This document shows, one piece after another, positions 31,641-43,096 of a stretch of DNA of 64,000 nucleotides. The notes below the pieces were generated by a model. The model did no database searches. It was not told the DNA's origin and saw nothing but the letters and a program-made list of their open reading frames with translations. Position 1 is the stretch's first letter. Each line of letters begins with the position of its first letter. The DNA is from Andalucia godoyi And28. Lineage: Eukaryota > Protista > Jakobida. Position numbers and translations under genes: made by a program. Location of the stretch: NCBI GenBank assembly GCA_009859145.1, contig VRVR01000005.1:13917-77916 (forward strand), given 5' to 3'.

Positions 31641-34600
31641 TCAGAATTGCATTCGGGATTCATTCAGAGCTTTTCGAAGTCGAACACACCTCCACAACGA
31701 GTGCATGATGCAACCCAGCATGACTGCTCCAATGGATAGGCAAATGAACAAGGACACGATGACAAGGGAAACCGTGGAAGACGACGTCTTGGACGAATTT
31801 GGTCCGGGTGCATAGGTTCCCTGTGACGACGATTGATCGACATTCGACCCATCGAACTGCATCAGTGCTCCCTGGAGTACGATAAGTGCATACAGCGCAG
31901 CTTCCTCACATCGATTTCCAACAACTGTCTTCCAAGGATACAACTTGATATGAATCACTAGGCTGCCCAACAGCACCACCAGCACTCCAAATTGGCGCCA
32001 CGCCGAGCTCTGCGACACTGTCGCCAGAAAAACGGCAAGAAGCAGGCGCCGAACGACAATCACAACCGAGTAGTAAAACACATTCCGCTGATACGGAGAC
32101 AACAGCCCGGACATACAGTACGAGATTTGGCTGCTCTCGCGATGGTGGCGAACAAACAACAAGCAAACTCCTTGCAGGACCGGAATGCCGATCACATACA
32201 CCACGAGTGAGACGATTGACACGGCTTTCAGGTGGCGGTACGTGGGGTTGGAATCGGAGCATTCAATCCAGGGGGCAGAATTCATGTACGATCTGCCGGT
32301 AAACGGCTCGTCGTTGCAGCTGAAAGTACTCAGAGTCTGGTTGGTAATTCCAAAATACAGAAGGGGTATCACCAGGAAGGCAAGCTTGGAAGACAGAAGA
32401 ACCCACTTGCGTTTCCACGTGGCAGACACCAAAGATGCCTCTCCTGTGCCCGTGGGCTTCGCAGTAACAATACTGAGAAGCTCCGTGTACGGCCCGCGGC
32501 CTCCAAAAACCCCTCGCATTTCCATAAAGAACTGGGATATGAAGGAGACAAGAACGAGGACGGCAATGAGAACCACTGGAATGGATATGAGAAACAGAAA
32601 ACTGGTGTCTGGAGAATGCAGGCTGGGAAACAAACAGGATAATCCAGTCGACTGCGAAGGAGAAAATAGAGACCAAGAAACGGCATGCGCTACCCAGATA
32701 AGAGACTCTTGCTCTACCGCCGAATTCTTCAGCAACGCAGCAAGAATTTGCAGATAATTGACAAACACCTGAACAAGTGAAGATAACCGCCGTGTCTCAT
32801 CATCCATCAGCGATGTGAAGTATGTTGTCTTCTCTTTCCCAGCCGGAGAGGAGGTGTATGTGGGGCTTTTGAACGCCCTGGAAACGAACCGCAGCAGAAC
32901 AAGAAACAACAGCACTGCGGCAACCACGGAAAGCACGCTGGCAAGGATCATACCGGTGGAATGGCAGGATACGCATTTGAAATCAGCATACACGTGGCAC
33001 GAAGAACCGCTCTCAGGGCACGAGCATCTGCTGCAAAGCCGGGAAGAAGAACCCGCATTGCACCACGATGCTTGGTCATTCTGAGAAACGTTCATGAACG
33101 AAGCAGAGCAGTTTCCGCTGGGGCAGCAGTTGGAGTCGGAAAAGGAAAACGTGGTGTCCAAGCATCGGGCCAGAGCAAACACGGCACCATTAGCAGGAGA
33201 AATAATCGGATAGTATCCTTGATTCCAGAACACAAAATTCCCTCCCCCGATGCATTCGCCGTTTGCAGGACACGAGTAACAGTCTGACGGCGGAAGGCCA
33301 ACCGTGTACGGCATGCATTGACAATTCTCATAGCTAAAGTAACTGGGTGGCACACGTATGCTTAACGATGGAACAACGCTCAGTGCCACGCCGGAACAAA
33401 CAAAACTGTTTTCTCGGTAGGTAATGGTGTTGTCCCTCGTGAAAAGCAAGTTGGGGGGCACCACGGTTCCATTCAAATTCATGCGCCAATTCCCTTCAAA
33501 CGACACAAAAGACAAGTAGGACCCAACAAGAGCCTCTCCAACTCGCACGAAATCAAACGGGCCTTCAAAATCGTTGTAGGAAAAGTCAATAAAAGACAGT
33601 TGGGGAATGTCAAACACATGCGAAGTCAACGGCCCGGTAAACATGTTGTGGTCCAGAGCCACATCCCGCAACGAACAATTCTCCAATAGTTTCCCCCCGG
33701 GCTCCAAGGAAGGAAGCGCTCCACTGAAACTGTTCCCCGAAAGAAAAAGGCGTTTGAGAAACGGCGAACGCAAGGCCGCATCCGGCAGTGGTCCGGTCAG
33801 TCTGTTGGCTGCGAGGTTCAAGAAACTCAGACTTGGGATGGAGAGCAGCTGCGACGGAAACGTGCCTTCGATCATGTTGTATGAGACATCCATCGTTTCC
33901 AAGGATGTCATCGCCGACATTTCTGCGGGAATCATAGTGAGCTTGTTGTCCGCCAAGTTCAGGTAAATCATGTATGCAAGATTTCCAATCGACGGAGGTA
34001 TAGGACCGGACAGCATGTTTCCGTCCGCCTCGAGGTATACAAGGAATGGAATATTTCCAATAGTCGATGGGATGGGTCCGCTGATCAAGTTTGCCGTAAT
34101 GCGAAGATACTCCAAGTACAGACAGCTGTTGCCGAAGTCGTCTGGAAACTGGCCGTGGACCCTGTTGAATCGAAACGAGATCACGGCAATTCCCTTCACA
34201 CACCATTCTTGCATGACGATTTGAAGCGGCTCGCCCAATGAGACAGATCCTTGCAACTCGGTCTCATCCAGAATGAGCTTGGTGAGAGACAAGTCCTTCC
34301 ACGAAGCCGGAACGTCCGGTCCCAATCGATTTCTGCTCAGATCCACCGAACGCAGCGACTTCAGCTGAGCAACCACCGAAGGCAGCGGTCCGAACAGCCC
34401 ATTGTTTTGCAAAACAATCGATGTGATGTTTCCGTTTGAATCGCACGACAATCCAAACCAGTCGCATGCAGAAACCGTCTGATCTCCCCAGCATCCCTGA
34501 CGAAGCGCGTCATTCCTGCACTGCTGGATCCACGACGGGCCTTGCGTTTCCGCATAGAACGTTGCGAGTACTTCGTACACTAGCGGATCGGATCGCGCGT

Positions 34601-34751
34601 GGATCGATGCAATATGACCGCGATCGAAATGCTCGGTACCATGGACTCTCAGCAGCGAACCGAATGGCACGGAAGACACGGATGACGACAATGCCAAGTG
34701 CACAAACAAGATCACAAAGAGACTGGCAACACAAACTACATTGACTTTCAT
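31641..34751 (-). CDS. Signal peptide + plant-type LRR ectodomain + Cys-rich region + multi-pass (about 7-9 TM) receptor-like protein (1036 aa)
   Basis: LRRNT-like CDWFGLSCD, repeats LxxNxLxGxIPxxIGNL, CxxCPxxGxC, many C-terminal hydrophobic helices (QVFVNYLQIL, YVIGIP, RRLLL). Confidence 0.85.
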   Translation of the reverse strand: MKVNVVCVASLFVILFVHLALSSSVSSVPFGSLLRVHGTEHFDRGHIASIHARSDPLVYEVLATFYAETQGPSWIQQCRNDALRQGCWGDQTVSACDWFGLSCDSNGNITSIVLQNNGLFGPLPSVVAQLKSLRSVDLSRNRLGPDVPASWKDLSLTKLILDETELQGSVSLGEPLQIVMQEWCVKGIAVISFRFNRVHGQFPDDFGNSCLYLEYLRITANLISGPIPSTIGNIPFLVYLEADGNMLSGPIPPSIGNLAYMIYLNLADNKLTMIPAEMSAMTSLETMDVSYNMIEGTFPSQLLSIPSLSFLNLAANRLTGPLPDAALRSPFLKRLFLSGNSFSGALPSLEPGGKLLENCSLRDVALDHNMFTGPLTSHVFDIPQLSFIDFSYNDFEGPFDFVRVGEALVGSYLSFVSFEGNWRMNLNGTVVPPNLLFTRDNTITYRENSFVCSGVALSVVPSLSIRVPPSYFSYENCQCMPYTVGLPPSDCYSCPANGECIGGGNFVFWNQGYYPIISPANGAVFALARCLDTTFSFSDSNCCPSGNCSASFMNVSQNDQASWCNAGSSSRLCSRCSCPESGSSCHVYADFKCVSCHSTGMILASVLSVVAAVLLFLVLLRFVSRAFKSPTYTSSPAGKEKTTYFTSLMDDETRRLSSLVQVFVNYLQILAALLKNSAVEQESLIWVAHAVSWSLFSPSQSTGLSCLFPSLHSPDTSFLFLISIPVVLIAVLVLVSFISQFFMEMRGVFGGRGPYTELLSIVTAKPTGTGEASLVSATWKRKWVLLSSKLAFLVIPLLYFGITNQTLSTFSCNDEPFTGRSYMNSAPWIECSDSNPTYRHLKAVSIVSLVVYVIGIPVLQGVCLLFVRHHRESSQISYCMSGLLSPYQRNVFYYSVVIVVRRLLLAVFLATVSQSSAWRQFGVLVVLLGSLVIHIKLYPWKTVVGNRCEEAALYALIVLQGALMQFDGSNVDQSSSQGTYAPGPNSSKTSSSTVSLVIVSLFICLSIGAVMLGCIMHSLWRCVRLRKALNESRMQF

Positions 34752-34890
34752 GGTCGCTGCATTCTGCGTCGTTTGCCCCTCTACCGCCGTCGTTGTCGTT
34801 GTCGTTGTCGCTGCTATTCCTTTCTGTGAACATAAACATAAACGCAAATATTAAAATTAAAAAATAGGAGCGACTACGGCTGCGAAGATT

Positions 34891-34967
34891 GTTTTTTGTT
34901 TTTGGGTTTTGAGGTTTTTTGTTTTTGGGTTTTTGGGTTTTTGGGTTTTTGGGTTTTGAGGTTTTTT
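34891..34967. repeat. Degenerate (TTTTTGGG)n tract
   Basis: tttttggg x5 interleaved with ttttgagg, upstream of the LRR gene. Confidence 0.8.
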
Positions 34968-35583
34968 CCCGCACAGTTCCTAAATTTGTACCCCGCTTGA
35001 GGTTCCAAATTCGAACTTGAGATTCTCCTTTTTTTGCCGAACAGCCTCAACTTCCGGTTCCCTTCCGTCTTTCAAAAAGCCCGAACTCTACTTGTTCGTT
35101 CTCTTTCTTTCGTTGGCTATTTTCCCCTCTTTTTCGATTTGCTCCATTCTTTTCAAGTCTGCGACGCCCCTGCCTCACCGTACGTCGTACTCGTCTACAA
35201 AAACCTGCTTCTTGTTCAGCTTTTTTCCCCCGCACACACACACATACACACACACTCTCTCTCTCTCCAGTTGTTGGGTTCTTTATCAGCCGCGTACAAG
35301 AAGCACACAGACAAAGGAATCGGAACATACCTTCCCCCCCTTCTTTTCATCTTCATCTTCATCTTCATCTTCATCTTCATCTTTTGTTTGTACATTTTTT
35401 TAGCATTTTTTTTTTTTTGAATACGTAATAATTCGGCATTTCGGAAAAGAATTGTGAACGCAAAAACATTTCGTTTCCTCTTTTCCTGAAGTACTGAACA
35501 ACCACATAGTTTTTTCTTTCTTTCTTGTTTTCTTTTTTTTTTGAGGGGCCCCCCTTGTTCTGCATCTGTGTTTGTGTTTGTTC

Positions 35584-36963
35584 ATGAATCCTGCAAACCG
35601 AAAACGACCTGTGGATTCTATCTCGACGAGCTTCTCCAGTCTTCCTTCGCATCCACGGTCTTCCACGCACTATCGCGCAAACGAGAAACGACCCTCAAGC
35701 TCCCTGTTTGCTTCCCAGGACACAGCACAACAAATGGACAGGGACTCGTTGGGGGACCTGCAATTGTCGCAGCAAGGAGAGGTGGAAACGGCGATGGGAA
35801 AGAGTGGGATGGCCCTCCAAGAGTCTGATGAGCGCCTGCGAGGTGAGCAATGCTCGGATCTCGAATGCAACTTGTGCTTGAAACTGTTTTACGATCCGGT
35901 TACGCTGGGCTGCGGGCACTCGTTTTGCAGACCGTGTTTGCACCGTGCTCTGGATTTCACACCACGATGCCCAGCGTGTCGTGCACCGGCACATGTGTGT
36001 GTTGCTTCCCATCCGTCAACGACCGTTTTGTGGTCGTTTATCCAAAAGTACTTTCCCAACGAAACACGAGCACGGCGTTCAGAAGAATCTGCGCTGGTAA
36101 GTGTTTCGCTTGATTACGGAAAACAAGAGGAATGCGTGGTTCCGTTCTTTGTATTGCCAGGAACGCATTTGATGCCTAACCAACCGTTGCATCTGCATGT
36201 CTTTGAACCGCGATACAGACTCATGATGAGAAGATGCATTGACGGATCGCGGATGTTTGGTATTTTGGGTTTCGTTCCGCAGACGCCCCACTCACCCAAC
36301 GATGAATGCCAGGTTGGTTGCTTGGTAAAGATTCAAAGTCAGCAGTTGCTTGCGGACGGAAGGTCGCTTGTGGAAAGCACAGGGCTGAAGAGATTCTACA
36401 TTGTTGGGCCCGTGTCCGAGATGGATGGATACATTGTTGGAAGAATTCGCACCTTTGACGATGTGGAGCCTGCCACCAGGCCTATGACCTCGACGATGTC
36501 GACCTCCTCCACTTCTACGACGCAAAGCACCATCACAGCCATGCCATCTCAGGAGCACCTGGCATCGACACCAACATGCGAAGATGCATCGCTAGTGCGC
36601 AGCGACGGGGACGCGTCTTCGGAACCGGTTGCTGCAGACGACTCAACCCCCGAACCACACGATGAAGATGACAGCGAACCGACGATTGAGGAACTTGCCG
36701 ACCGTGTTCACAACACGCTTCATCGTGTGTATTCGACGCTTCCCAGAAACCTGTATGAGGAAATTGAGACACAGTATGGTCCTCTTCCCACTTCGGCGGA
36801 CCCACATGCCGTGTCCTTTTATGCGGCAGCTGTCATCCCAGTGAATGAAAGCACAAGGATTGAACTGCTCTGCACACGCTCGACAAGGCGTCGTCTCGAA
36901 CGGACATATGACGCAGTTTGTGCAATGTTGCGCTCCCGACAAGCGCGATGTGCCGTTATGTGA
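35584..36963 (+). CDS. LONRF: RING finger + LON N-terminal (PUA-like) domain E3 ligase (459 aa)
   Basis: C3HC4 [32 protein letters not shown]; [15 protein letters not shown]; [16 protein letters not shown]. Confidence 0.92.
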   Translation: MNPANRKRPVDSISTSFSSLPSHPRSSTHYRANEKRPSSSLFASQDTAQQMDRDSLGDLQLSQQGEVETAMGKSGMALQESDERLRGEQCSDLECNLCLKLFYDPVTLGCGHSFCRPCLHRALDFTPRCPACRAPAHVCVASHPSTTVLWSFIQKYFPNETRARRSEESALVSVSLDYGKQEECVVPFFVLPGTHLMPNQPLHLHVFEPRYRLMMRRCIDGSRMFGILGFVPQTPHSPNDECQVGCLVKIQSQQLLADGRSLVESTGLKRFYIVGPVSEMDGYIVGRIRTFDDVEPATRPMTSTMSTSSTSTTQSTITAMPSQEHLASTPTCEDASLVRSDGDASSEPVAADDSTPEPHDEDDSEPTIEELADRVHNTLHRVYSTLPRNLYEEIETQYGPLPTSADPHAVSFYAAAVIPVNESTRIELLCTRSTRRRLERTYDAVCAMLRSRQARCAVM

Positions 36964-37330
36964 GCACCGGGGAGAATGATTTGTGTATGATACTGCAGCC
37001 AGATGCGCGCCCACGCGAACTCGCACACATACACACACACACACTCTCTCTCTCTCTCTCTCTCGCTCGCTCGCTCGCTCTGTCTCGTTTTTCTTACACT
37101 CCATTTTTCCAACAAGGAACACAGAAAATAAAATAGTGGTCGGATGTATGTATGTATGTATGATTGACTAGTACGTACATTGTCAAAAGCGACGACATTC
37201 GCAGACACAAAACACAAAAACATTAAGCAAACGAGGAAATCACATAGTACGCAGCATGCAACATGCAGCGCGCATGCAGAACACGGGAACGGAAAAAAAA
37301 AACATGTACACGATCCGACAGTCATCTCAA

Positions 37331-38584
37331 CTATTCGAAAACGTCCAGACAGTCGGGAACGTGCCACGATCGGCCCGTCTTGACACCGGCTGGCGCAATG
37401 AGCGTGGTGTAGTAATGAGGCAAGAACTTGTAATAATGGGGGTCGAGATGCGATCGCTTTGCCGGCTCAAAGTTGGACCACACTTCTGAGTACCGCATGG
37501 GCTGGTATTCCAAATCCAAGTTGTACGCTGTGGCATTTGGTGCAAGCTGGAAAGGTGGTGCTTCTGCATAAATGTCGGGCTGCGGTACTGCGTGCTCCTC
37601 TCCTGCCACAAGCGATCCTTCCGAAATAATGCTCGTTGCATCGTCATCCTTTTCGACCTTTTTTGCTCCCTTCCTTGCCTTTGCGGCAGGAGCAGTTTTG
37701 TGCGTGGATGCGGACTCGGGAACAGGAATCTTTCGCACGACTGCGGCTGTCTTTGCAACTGCAGCGCTGGGCGCAGACGCATGCGACGAGGCCGATGTGG
37801 GTCGCTTCTTCTCGGGAGCAGTCCCAGCCACTTGTGTCGCTGTCTTTTCACTGGCAGATGCAGTCTTTTTTCTTTCTGCAGCCGCTTTTGGCACTGCCTT
37901 TTCTGCAGCCGCTGGTGCCGCTGCATGTGCCGTCTGTCCAAGTCCGCGCTGAGAACCCGCGCTTGCACACCGAGCTTGACCTCCACAACACTGCTGTTGC
38001 TGCTGCTGTTGAGGATACTGTTGTTGCTGATACTGTTGACAGTGCTGGAGCTGCTGGAGCTGGAGCTGCTGGAGCTGGTCCTGATTATGACTAAAGGAAG
38101 CGTGAGGATGCAGCATGGGCGGCTGGATGTTTGCATAGTTGGGTCGGTTCTGAAGAGGAGCACTCTGGTACACCGCCGCCTGTTGCTGGTTCATGTAAAC
38201 CTGCGGCTGCGCCCAAGGACCCTGCGGCCACTGCTCGCCCCAGCCCCCACACACTGTCGGAGTACTATTGCAGGGCTGGGCATAAATGAACTGGTTTCCA
38301 TACTCTGTTTGCCAGCGATTTGAGACTCGAGGACGCATCCTCGTCGTGTTCTCGGCAGTCGTCGACGGTCCCAACGCTGCATCTTCGGATCCTGGAAGTG
38401 CGTCCAGCACTCTCTTGCGATGGAACTCTCGATCGACAGGAAACGAAGGCCGAGTATTCGCTGTCGAAACAGACAATTGCGAACACGCAGATTGAAAACA
38501 CGCACAGTTTGGCCCAGATGTCGCCGGACGGCTGCCAGACGCACAACCACAATTTGATCCACACGCAGGAACAGGAGGAGACAT
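37331..38584 (-). CDS. Uncharacterised Gln/Ala/Lys-rich protein (417 aa)
   Basis: Long ATG-initiated ORF between AT-rich spacers; Cys-rich start, RWQTEYGNQF motif, aromatic C-terminal segment. Confidence 0.65.
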   Translation of the reverse strand: MSPPVPACGSNCGCASGSRPATSGPNCACFQSACSQLSVSTANTRPSFPVDREFHRKRVLDALPGSEDAALGPSTTAENTTRMRPRVSNRWQTEYGNQFIYAQPCNSTPTVCGGWGEQWPQGPWAQPQVYMNQQQAAVYQSAPLQNRPNYANIQPPMLHPHASFSHNQDQLQQLQLQQLQHCQQYQQQQYPQQQQQQQCCGGQARCASAGSQRGLGQTAHAAAPAAAEKAVPKAAAERKKTASASEKTATQVAGTAPEKKRPTSASSHASAPSAAVAKTAAVVRKIPVPESASTHKTAPAAKARKGAKKVEKDDDATSIISEGSLVAGEEHAVPQPDIYAEAPPFQLAPNATAYNLDLEYQPMRYSEVWSNFEPAKRSHLDPHYYKFLPHYYTTLIAPAGVKTGRSWHVPDCLDVFE

Positions 38585-39398
38585 GTCCTTTGCTACTTGC
38601 CTATTTGATATTTTAACCACAGTAAGAATAATATTCTTTAATTAAAAAAACGTAGAAATAACAATGATAGTGTGGAGGGAAACAAACAATGTATGAAATT
38701 AAAATATAAAAAAACATTTTACAAAAGCATCCGTGAACGAAATACGCAGAAATCAGAGAAGCGTTACCGGTAACACAAAAATGCGCGCACTCTATTGCTA
38801 CGGCGTGACAGCAGACGAAAAAGGAGAGCCGTTTTTCATTTGTAGCCATCAGATCCCATCAAGTAAGCACGCATCCTTTTTCGCTTCTGTGCGTGTGTGT
38901 GTGCGGAGCCCTCTGAAACTCTCGCCCCATCGACCTTTTTATTTTTCCCCGACGGAACCTCCCCGACACCCTTCGCCCCAAAAAATGAAAAAATGAAAGG
39001 AAAAACCAAAAGGCTCTCGGGCCCTTTTCTTTACGATCCAAACGCCCTCTTTTTTAAACTAATTTTATTAATTAATTTTATTGTTATTATTATTATCACC
39101 ATTAATTCTTCTTTTGTTCCTCTGCTTTGTCTCATTTCTTACTTTCCTTTTCTCTTCCTCTGTATTCTTCCTCTTCTGCCTTCTTTTCCTCTTCTTCCTT
39201 GAAGAAAACTGAAAATATCCTTTGTGCTTCGTCAGTCTTATCATTGTTGCTGTTGATTGAAATTTTTTGTGCTTTTTATTTTATTTTTTATTTTCATTTT
39301 TTTGAACTGGGTTGCACTGGGTTGTCAGGACAGTCTGAAGAAGAAGAAGAAGAAGAAGAAACAAACAAAGAAACAAAGAAACAAAGAAACAAAGAAAG

Positions 39399-42206
39399 AT
39401 GGATTCTTCTTCATCATCGAGTTTGTTTCCATTTGCGTCTCCATTATCATCATCGTCAGCAGCAGTAGCAGCGACGACAACGTCTCCAGGGACAATTCAT
39501 AATGGCGGAGTAAGGAAACCGGTTCCACAACCAGCCCATTCTTCGTCAAACCCTTCGTTGTCGTCGTCGCCCTCTGCCTCTGCCTCTGCCTCTGTACCTT
39601 TACCGTCCTCGAATCCGATTCCATTTGCGTCTCTGTCCTCCTTTTCATCGTCTTCAGTCGCTGCGACATCCGGTTCGTCGTCGTCATCATCGACATCGTC
39701 TTCTCCCTCGACGTCGTATAATGCGTACAATTATAGCAGTGGCAGCGGTAACAGCAATAATAATAACTTCCCGTATTCCGCAAGTGGTGGACTGTCTGCA
39801 TCTCCGGCAACTCAGTTCTCCGTGCATTTCCGCGATAAGCTAGGTATTGATTCGGCGAATGCTGGGAGCGACAGTGGGATCATGCAAAAACGAAGAAGGC
39901 TTTCGGATGCTTACGAAAGACCTGCTCAGTCGATCCTTGGCTTCTCCTCTCCTGGACCGTCTTCTCCCCCACAATCCCTCCTCCACAACCAAAGCCCGAG
40001 TCACGGCATGTATTCTGTGCCGAACAGCAACAATGCAGGGAGCATCCCTGTCGTTCATCGGCATCAACCCTTGTCACATACATTGTCGCTTCAGCAGCCT
40101 TTGCATGGCGGTCAGGGACAGGGACAGGGACAGGGACAGGGATCAGTGGTGCAGAGACATCATCACGTGTTGATGAGGACAAGAGATCGATCCGTATCGG
40201 AGCCTGGTCCGCCTATTCCAGTGCCACCGAATCCGGCGCTAATGCAGTACCAGAGTCACGGCTACCACCACTATCATCACCACCACCACCACCACCACCA
40301 GCACTCAGCTTCTGTGGCAACCACGAGTAATGTCCATGGAATGGGCCATCAGCAGTATCCCCCATTCTACTCGCACACGCAGTACGGATATGCATTAAAC
40401 AACGGAAACGCGAGTGCAAATGCCGTCGGCAATGGCAGTGGCGGTGGCGGGTTTGGCGGTCAGTCTCTGGTCAGAGGATCCCCAGGTTCTGCATTCAGGA
40501 TGATTCCAGCCCACGCAAGACAATGGGTCTCGGTATCGCCTTCGCCACCACCGGGCTCGTCGGGCCCTGGGCTACTGTCCTCACCCTCCGCAACGTCTTC
40601 TCCTCCGTCCTCGGTCATCCAGCCGCTGTCGTTCACAGCATCGTCATCCTCTTCTTTGTCTTCGTCTTCGTCGTCGTCCGTGTCAGCGGTGTCTGGTGCA
40701 TCCACAAACATGGGTACCATGACTCCGTCGTCAACTCCGTCATCATCGTCGTCTGCCTCGTCGTTGGGCCCGGTCTCCTCAGTTGGAGGTGGTTCAGGAT
40801 CGACAGCGTCTATGGCATCGAACAGCTCGGTTGGAGTGGAGATGGAGCCGCGCGGACTCACAGACGAGATGACAAGACGGATGCTGCATCAGGAAGGACT
40901 GTCTGTACGAATCCGCGTTCCCGTGTCCCTGTCCCCGCCCTCCTCAACTGCCTCAAATGCCACAGTGTCCACGACTGCGGCCATGGGATCTGGACCCGGC
41001 GAAAAGGGAACACCATTCCTCGCGTTTGGGCCGACGGGTTCGAGCAATCTGGGAGGGATTGCTGCTGGCTTGGGGACCAAGAACCCGTTTGATACAAATC
41101 GATCAGCATCAGCACCAGTGCACTTCGCCCAGACTGTTCCAGCAATGCACAATGTGTCATCGCCATTCCAAATTCAGCAGCCCATCGGCAATGGAGCGAA
41201 TCCGTATCCGCACTTCTCACCTCCGCAGCAGTTTGTTTCCCATCACCTGCAGTCGCAGCAACAGAGTGGAGTGGCTGCCGTGACTCGTATGGACATTGAT
41301 CAGGACGATAGCGATGTCCGTGGTATCGCTGAAGACGAGGACGAAGACGGGGTTATGATGGGCTACTCAAGGTCGCGGTCCCCGGAGAGCGATGACAGTG
41401 ATGGTGGTGGTGGACACTCGCATGCTCATACACTTTCTCGATCCCGTCGAGAGAGCAACGGAAACGCGTCTTCGCAAGGTGGAATCGCAATTCGTGCGCA
41501 TCGCGTGCCGTCTCCTGACGGATTCTCGGGAACGAACAACGGTCTGTCTTTCTCGCAGGCGATTCCCGCCAGCAGAGGAGGCGGTGGAGGAAACGGACAT
41601 CTTGGGCTGTCGCGATCCCTGCCGCCGTCCTCGCTGTCCAATGCAAACTCCAGTCCGATGACGTCGGGTCTCGAGAAAATGCAAGATGACGACGACTCTC
41701 CCACGAACAATAACAACGGAAACAGTGGTAACAGCAACAACAATAATAATGGTAATGACGATGGTGGGATGACGCACCGGGAGCTGGCAATCATGTTCGG
41801 ATTGTGTTCCGAGAAGGACGAGGTGCACTTCCGTTTACGTGACTTCCGACGGTCATTGCTTTCGAAGCTTTCGCCAGCGCACAAGACGTATATAGATGCA
41901 CACGATATGGACAGGCGGCTGCTTCTTGACTCGGTTGGCCGAAGAAAGATGACTCCGAGGGAATTCGCAGAGAAGCTCATCGTGGTCCAATTCCACTATC
42001 AACTGCACAATGGTCGGCTGCCGTCCTTTTCGCATAAGGTCGACAAGAATATGTTTTCGCAGCACGTCGATGCTTCCATGTCTCTCTTTTCCCCCGAGGT
42101 CGGCCGCCGTGCGTATGCCTACATCAAGAAGGGTATGACAATGGACGAAGCCGTCAGGCAATCCGTTGACGAAACCCGAAACATGGCATTCTCTGTATCT
42201 GCCTAA
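39399..42206 (+). CDS. Uncharacterised Ser/His/Gly/Asn-rich protein with a compact helical C-terminal domain (935 aa)
   Basis: 2.8 kb ORF; only the last 145 aa or so look globular. Confidence 0.75.
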   Translation: MDSSSSSSLFPFASPLSSSSAAVAATTTSPGTIHNGGVRKPVPQPAHSSSNPSLSSSPSASASASVPLPSSNPIPFASLSSFSSSSVAATSGSSSSSSTSSSPSTSYNAYNYSSGSGNSNNNNFPYSASGGLSASPATQFSVHFRDKLGIDSANAGSDSGIMQKRRRLSDAYERPAQSILGFSSPGPSSPPQSLLHNQSPSHGMYSVPNSNNAGSIPVVHRHQPLSHTLSLQQPLHGGQGQGQGQGQGSVVQRHHHVLMRTRDRSVSEPGPPIPVPPNPALMQYQSHGYHHYHHHHHHHHQHSASVATTSNVHGMGHQQYPPFYSHTQYGYALNNGNASANAVGNGSGGGGFGGQSLVRGSPGSAFRMIPAHARQWVSVSPSPPPGSSGPGLLSSPSATSSPPSSVIQPLSFTASSSSSLSSSSSSSVSAVSGASTNMGTMTPSSTPSSSSSASSLGPVSSVGGGSGSTASMASNSSVGVEMEPRGLTDEMTRRMLHQEGLSVRIRVPVSLSPPSSTASNATVSTTAAMGSGPGEKGTPFLAFGPTGSSNLGGIAAGLGTKNPFDTNRSASAPVHFAQTVPAMHNVSSPFQIQQPIGNGANPYPHFSPPQQFVSHHLQSQQQSGVAAVTRMDIDQDDSDVRGIAEDEDEDGVMMGYSRSRSPESDDSDGGGGHSHAHTLSRSRRESNGNASSQGGIAIRAHRVPSPDGFSGTNNGLSFSQAIPASRGGGGGNGHLGLSRSLPPSSLSNANSSPMTSGLEKMQDDDDSPTNNNNGNSGNSNNNNNGNDDGGMTHRELAIMFGLCSEKDEVHFRLRDFRRSLLSKLSPAHKTYIDAHDMDRRLLLDSVGRRKMTPREFAEKLIVVQFHYQLHNGRLPSFSHKVDKNMFSQHVDASMSLFSPEVGRRAYAYIKKGMTMDEAVRQSVDETRNMAFSVSA

Positions 42207-42734
42207 CCCCACGACCTCCACGATTTCTGTTTTCGTCTCCGCCGAATCCTGCCTCTTTCTCCCGATATGTTTCGTGAATTATGTCTATGTCTATCTCTAT
42301 GTCCTTGTCCATGTCCATGTATATATATGTCCATGTACTGTAATAATTAATCTTTAAAAAAATTGTTCATCAATGAATCTCGGTGGGTTACTCAATGTCG
42401 TACAAGCGCAACAACGCATCGTCTCCGAGCTTCCAATTCCTACCCTCCAGGCCCCTCCCCTCTCCCTAAAATAAAAAAACACCTCGCCAGGTTACTACTA
42501 TCAGAGGCAGCGAAAATATTCGACTTTCCGTCCCCGGAGTTTGAACCGGTGGCCGGTCGTAGTCGGATCGCGTTCCTGAGCCCGTACAGTGGATTTCTCC
42601 AACTGATGGAACACGAGAAGTCTGTGAGCTGCAGAGCGACATTTGCTTTTTCTTTTTTTTCGTAAAAGAAAGTAGTATTATCTTTAGGAGGAGTAGTAGT
42701 AGAGAAAGAGGAAGAGGAAGAAGACAGGAGAAAC

Positions 42735-43020
42735 ATGTCTGCAGTGCCGAGCGTGCGGATTGAGGCGTTCCAAGGCCCAAGCGAGCTTCCAGCAATCATG
42801 TCGATGATGGAATCTGCGCTTTCGGAGCCATACTCCGTGTTTACATATCGGTACTTCATTGACGGTTGGCCGCAGTTCTGCTTTCTTGCAAAAACCGAGC
42901 TCACGAATGAAATCGTTGGGTCCATTGTGTGTCGCCTTGAACCCCACGTCCCACGGCTCGCCTTCACTCCCTTCTCCCCTGACGCGTCTCCCTCGAGACC
43001 CTCTGCCTCTGCATCTGATT

Positions 43021-43096
<76 letters not shown>

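Noticed and set aside
42480-42660. B-box-like GGTTCAAACTCC hairpin on the minus strand upstream of NAA30
   Set aside because: 8-nt loop, no matching acceptor or anticodon stems, no snRNA/RNase P/MRP signature confirmed
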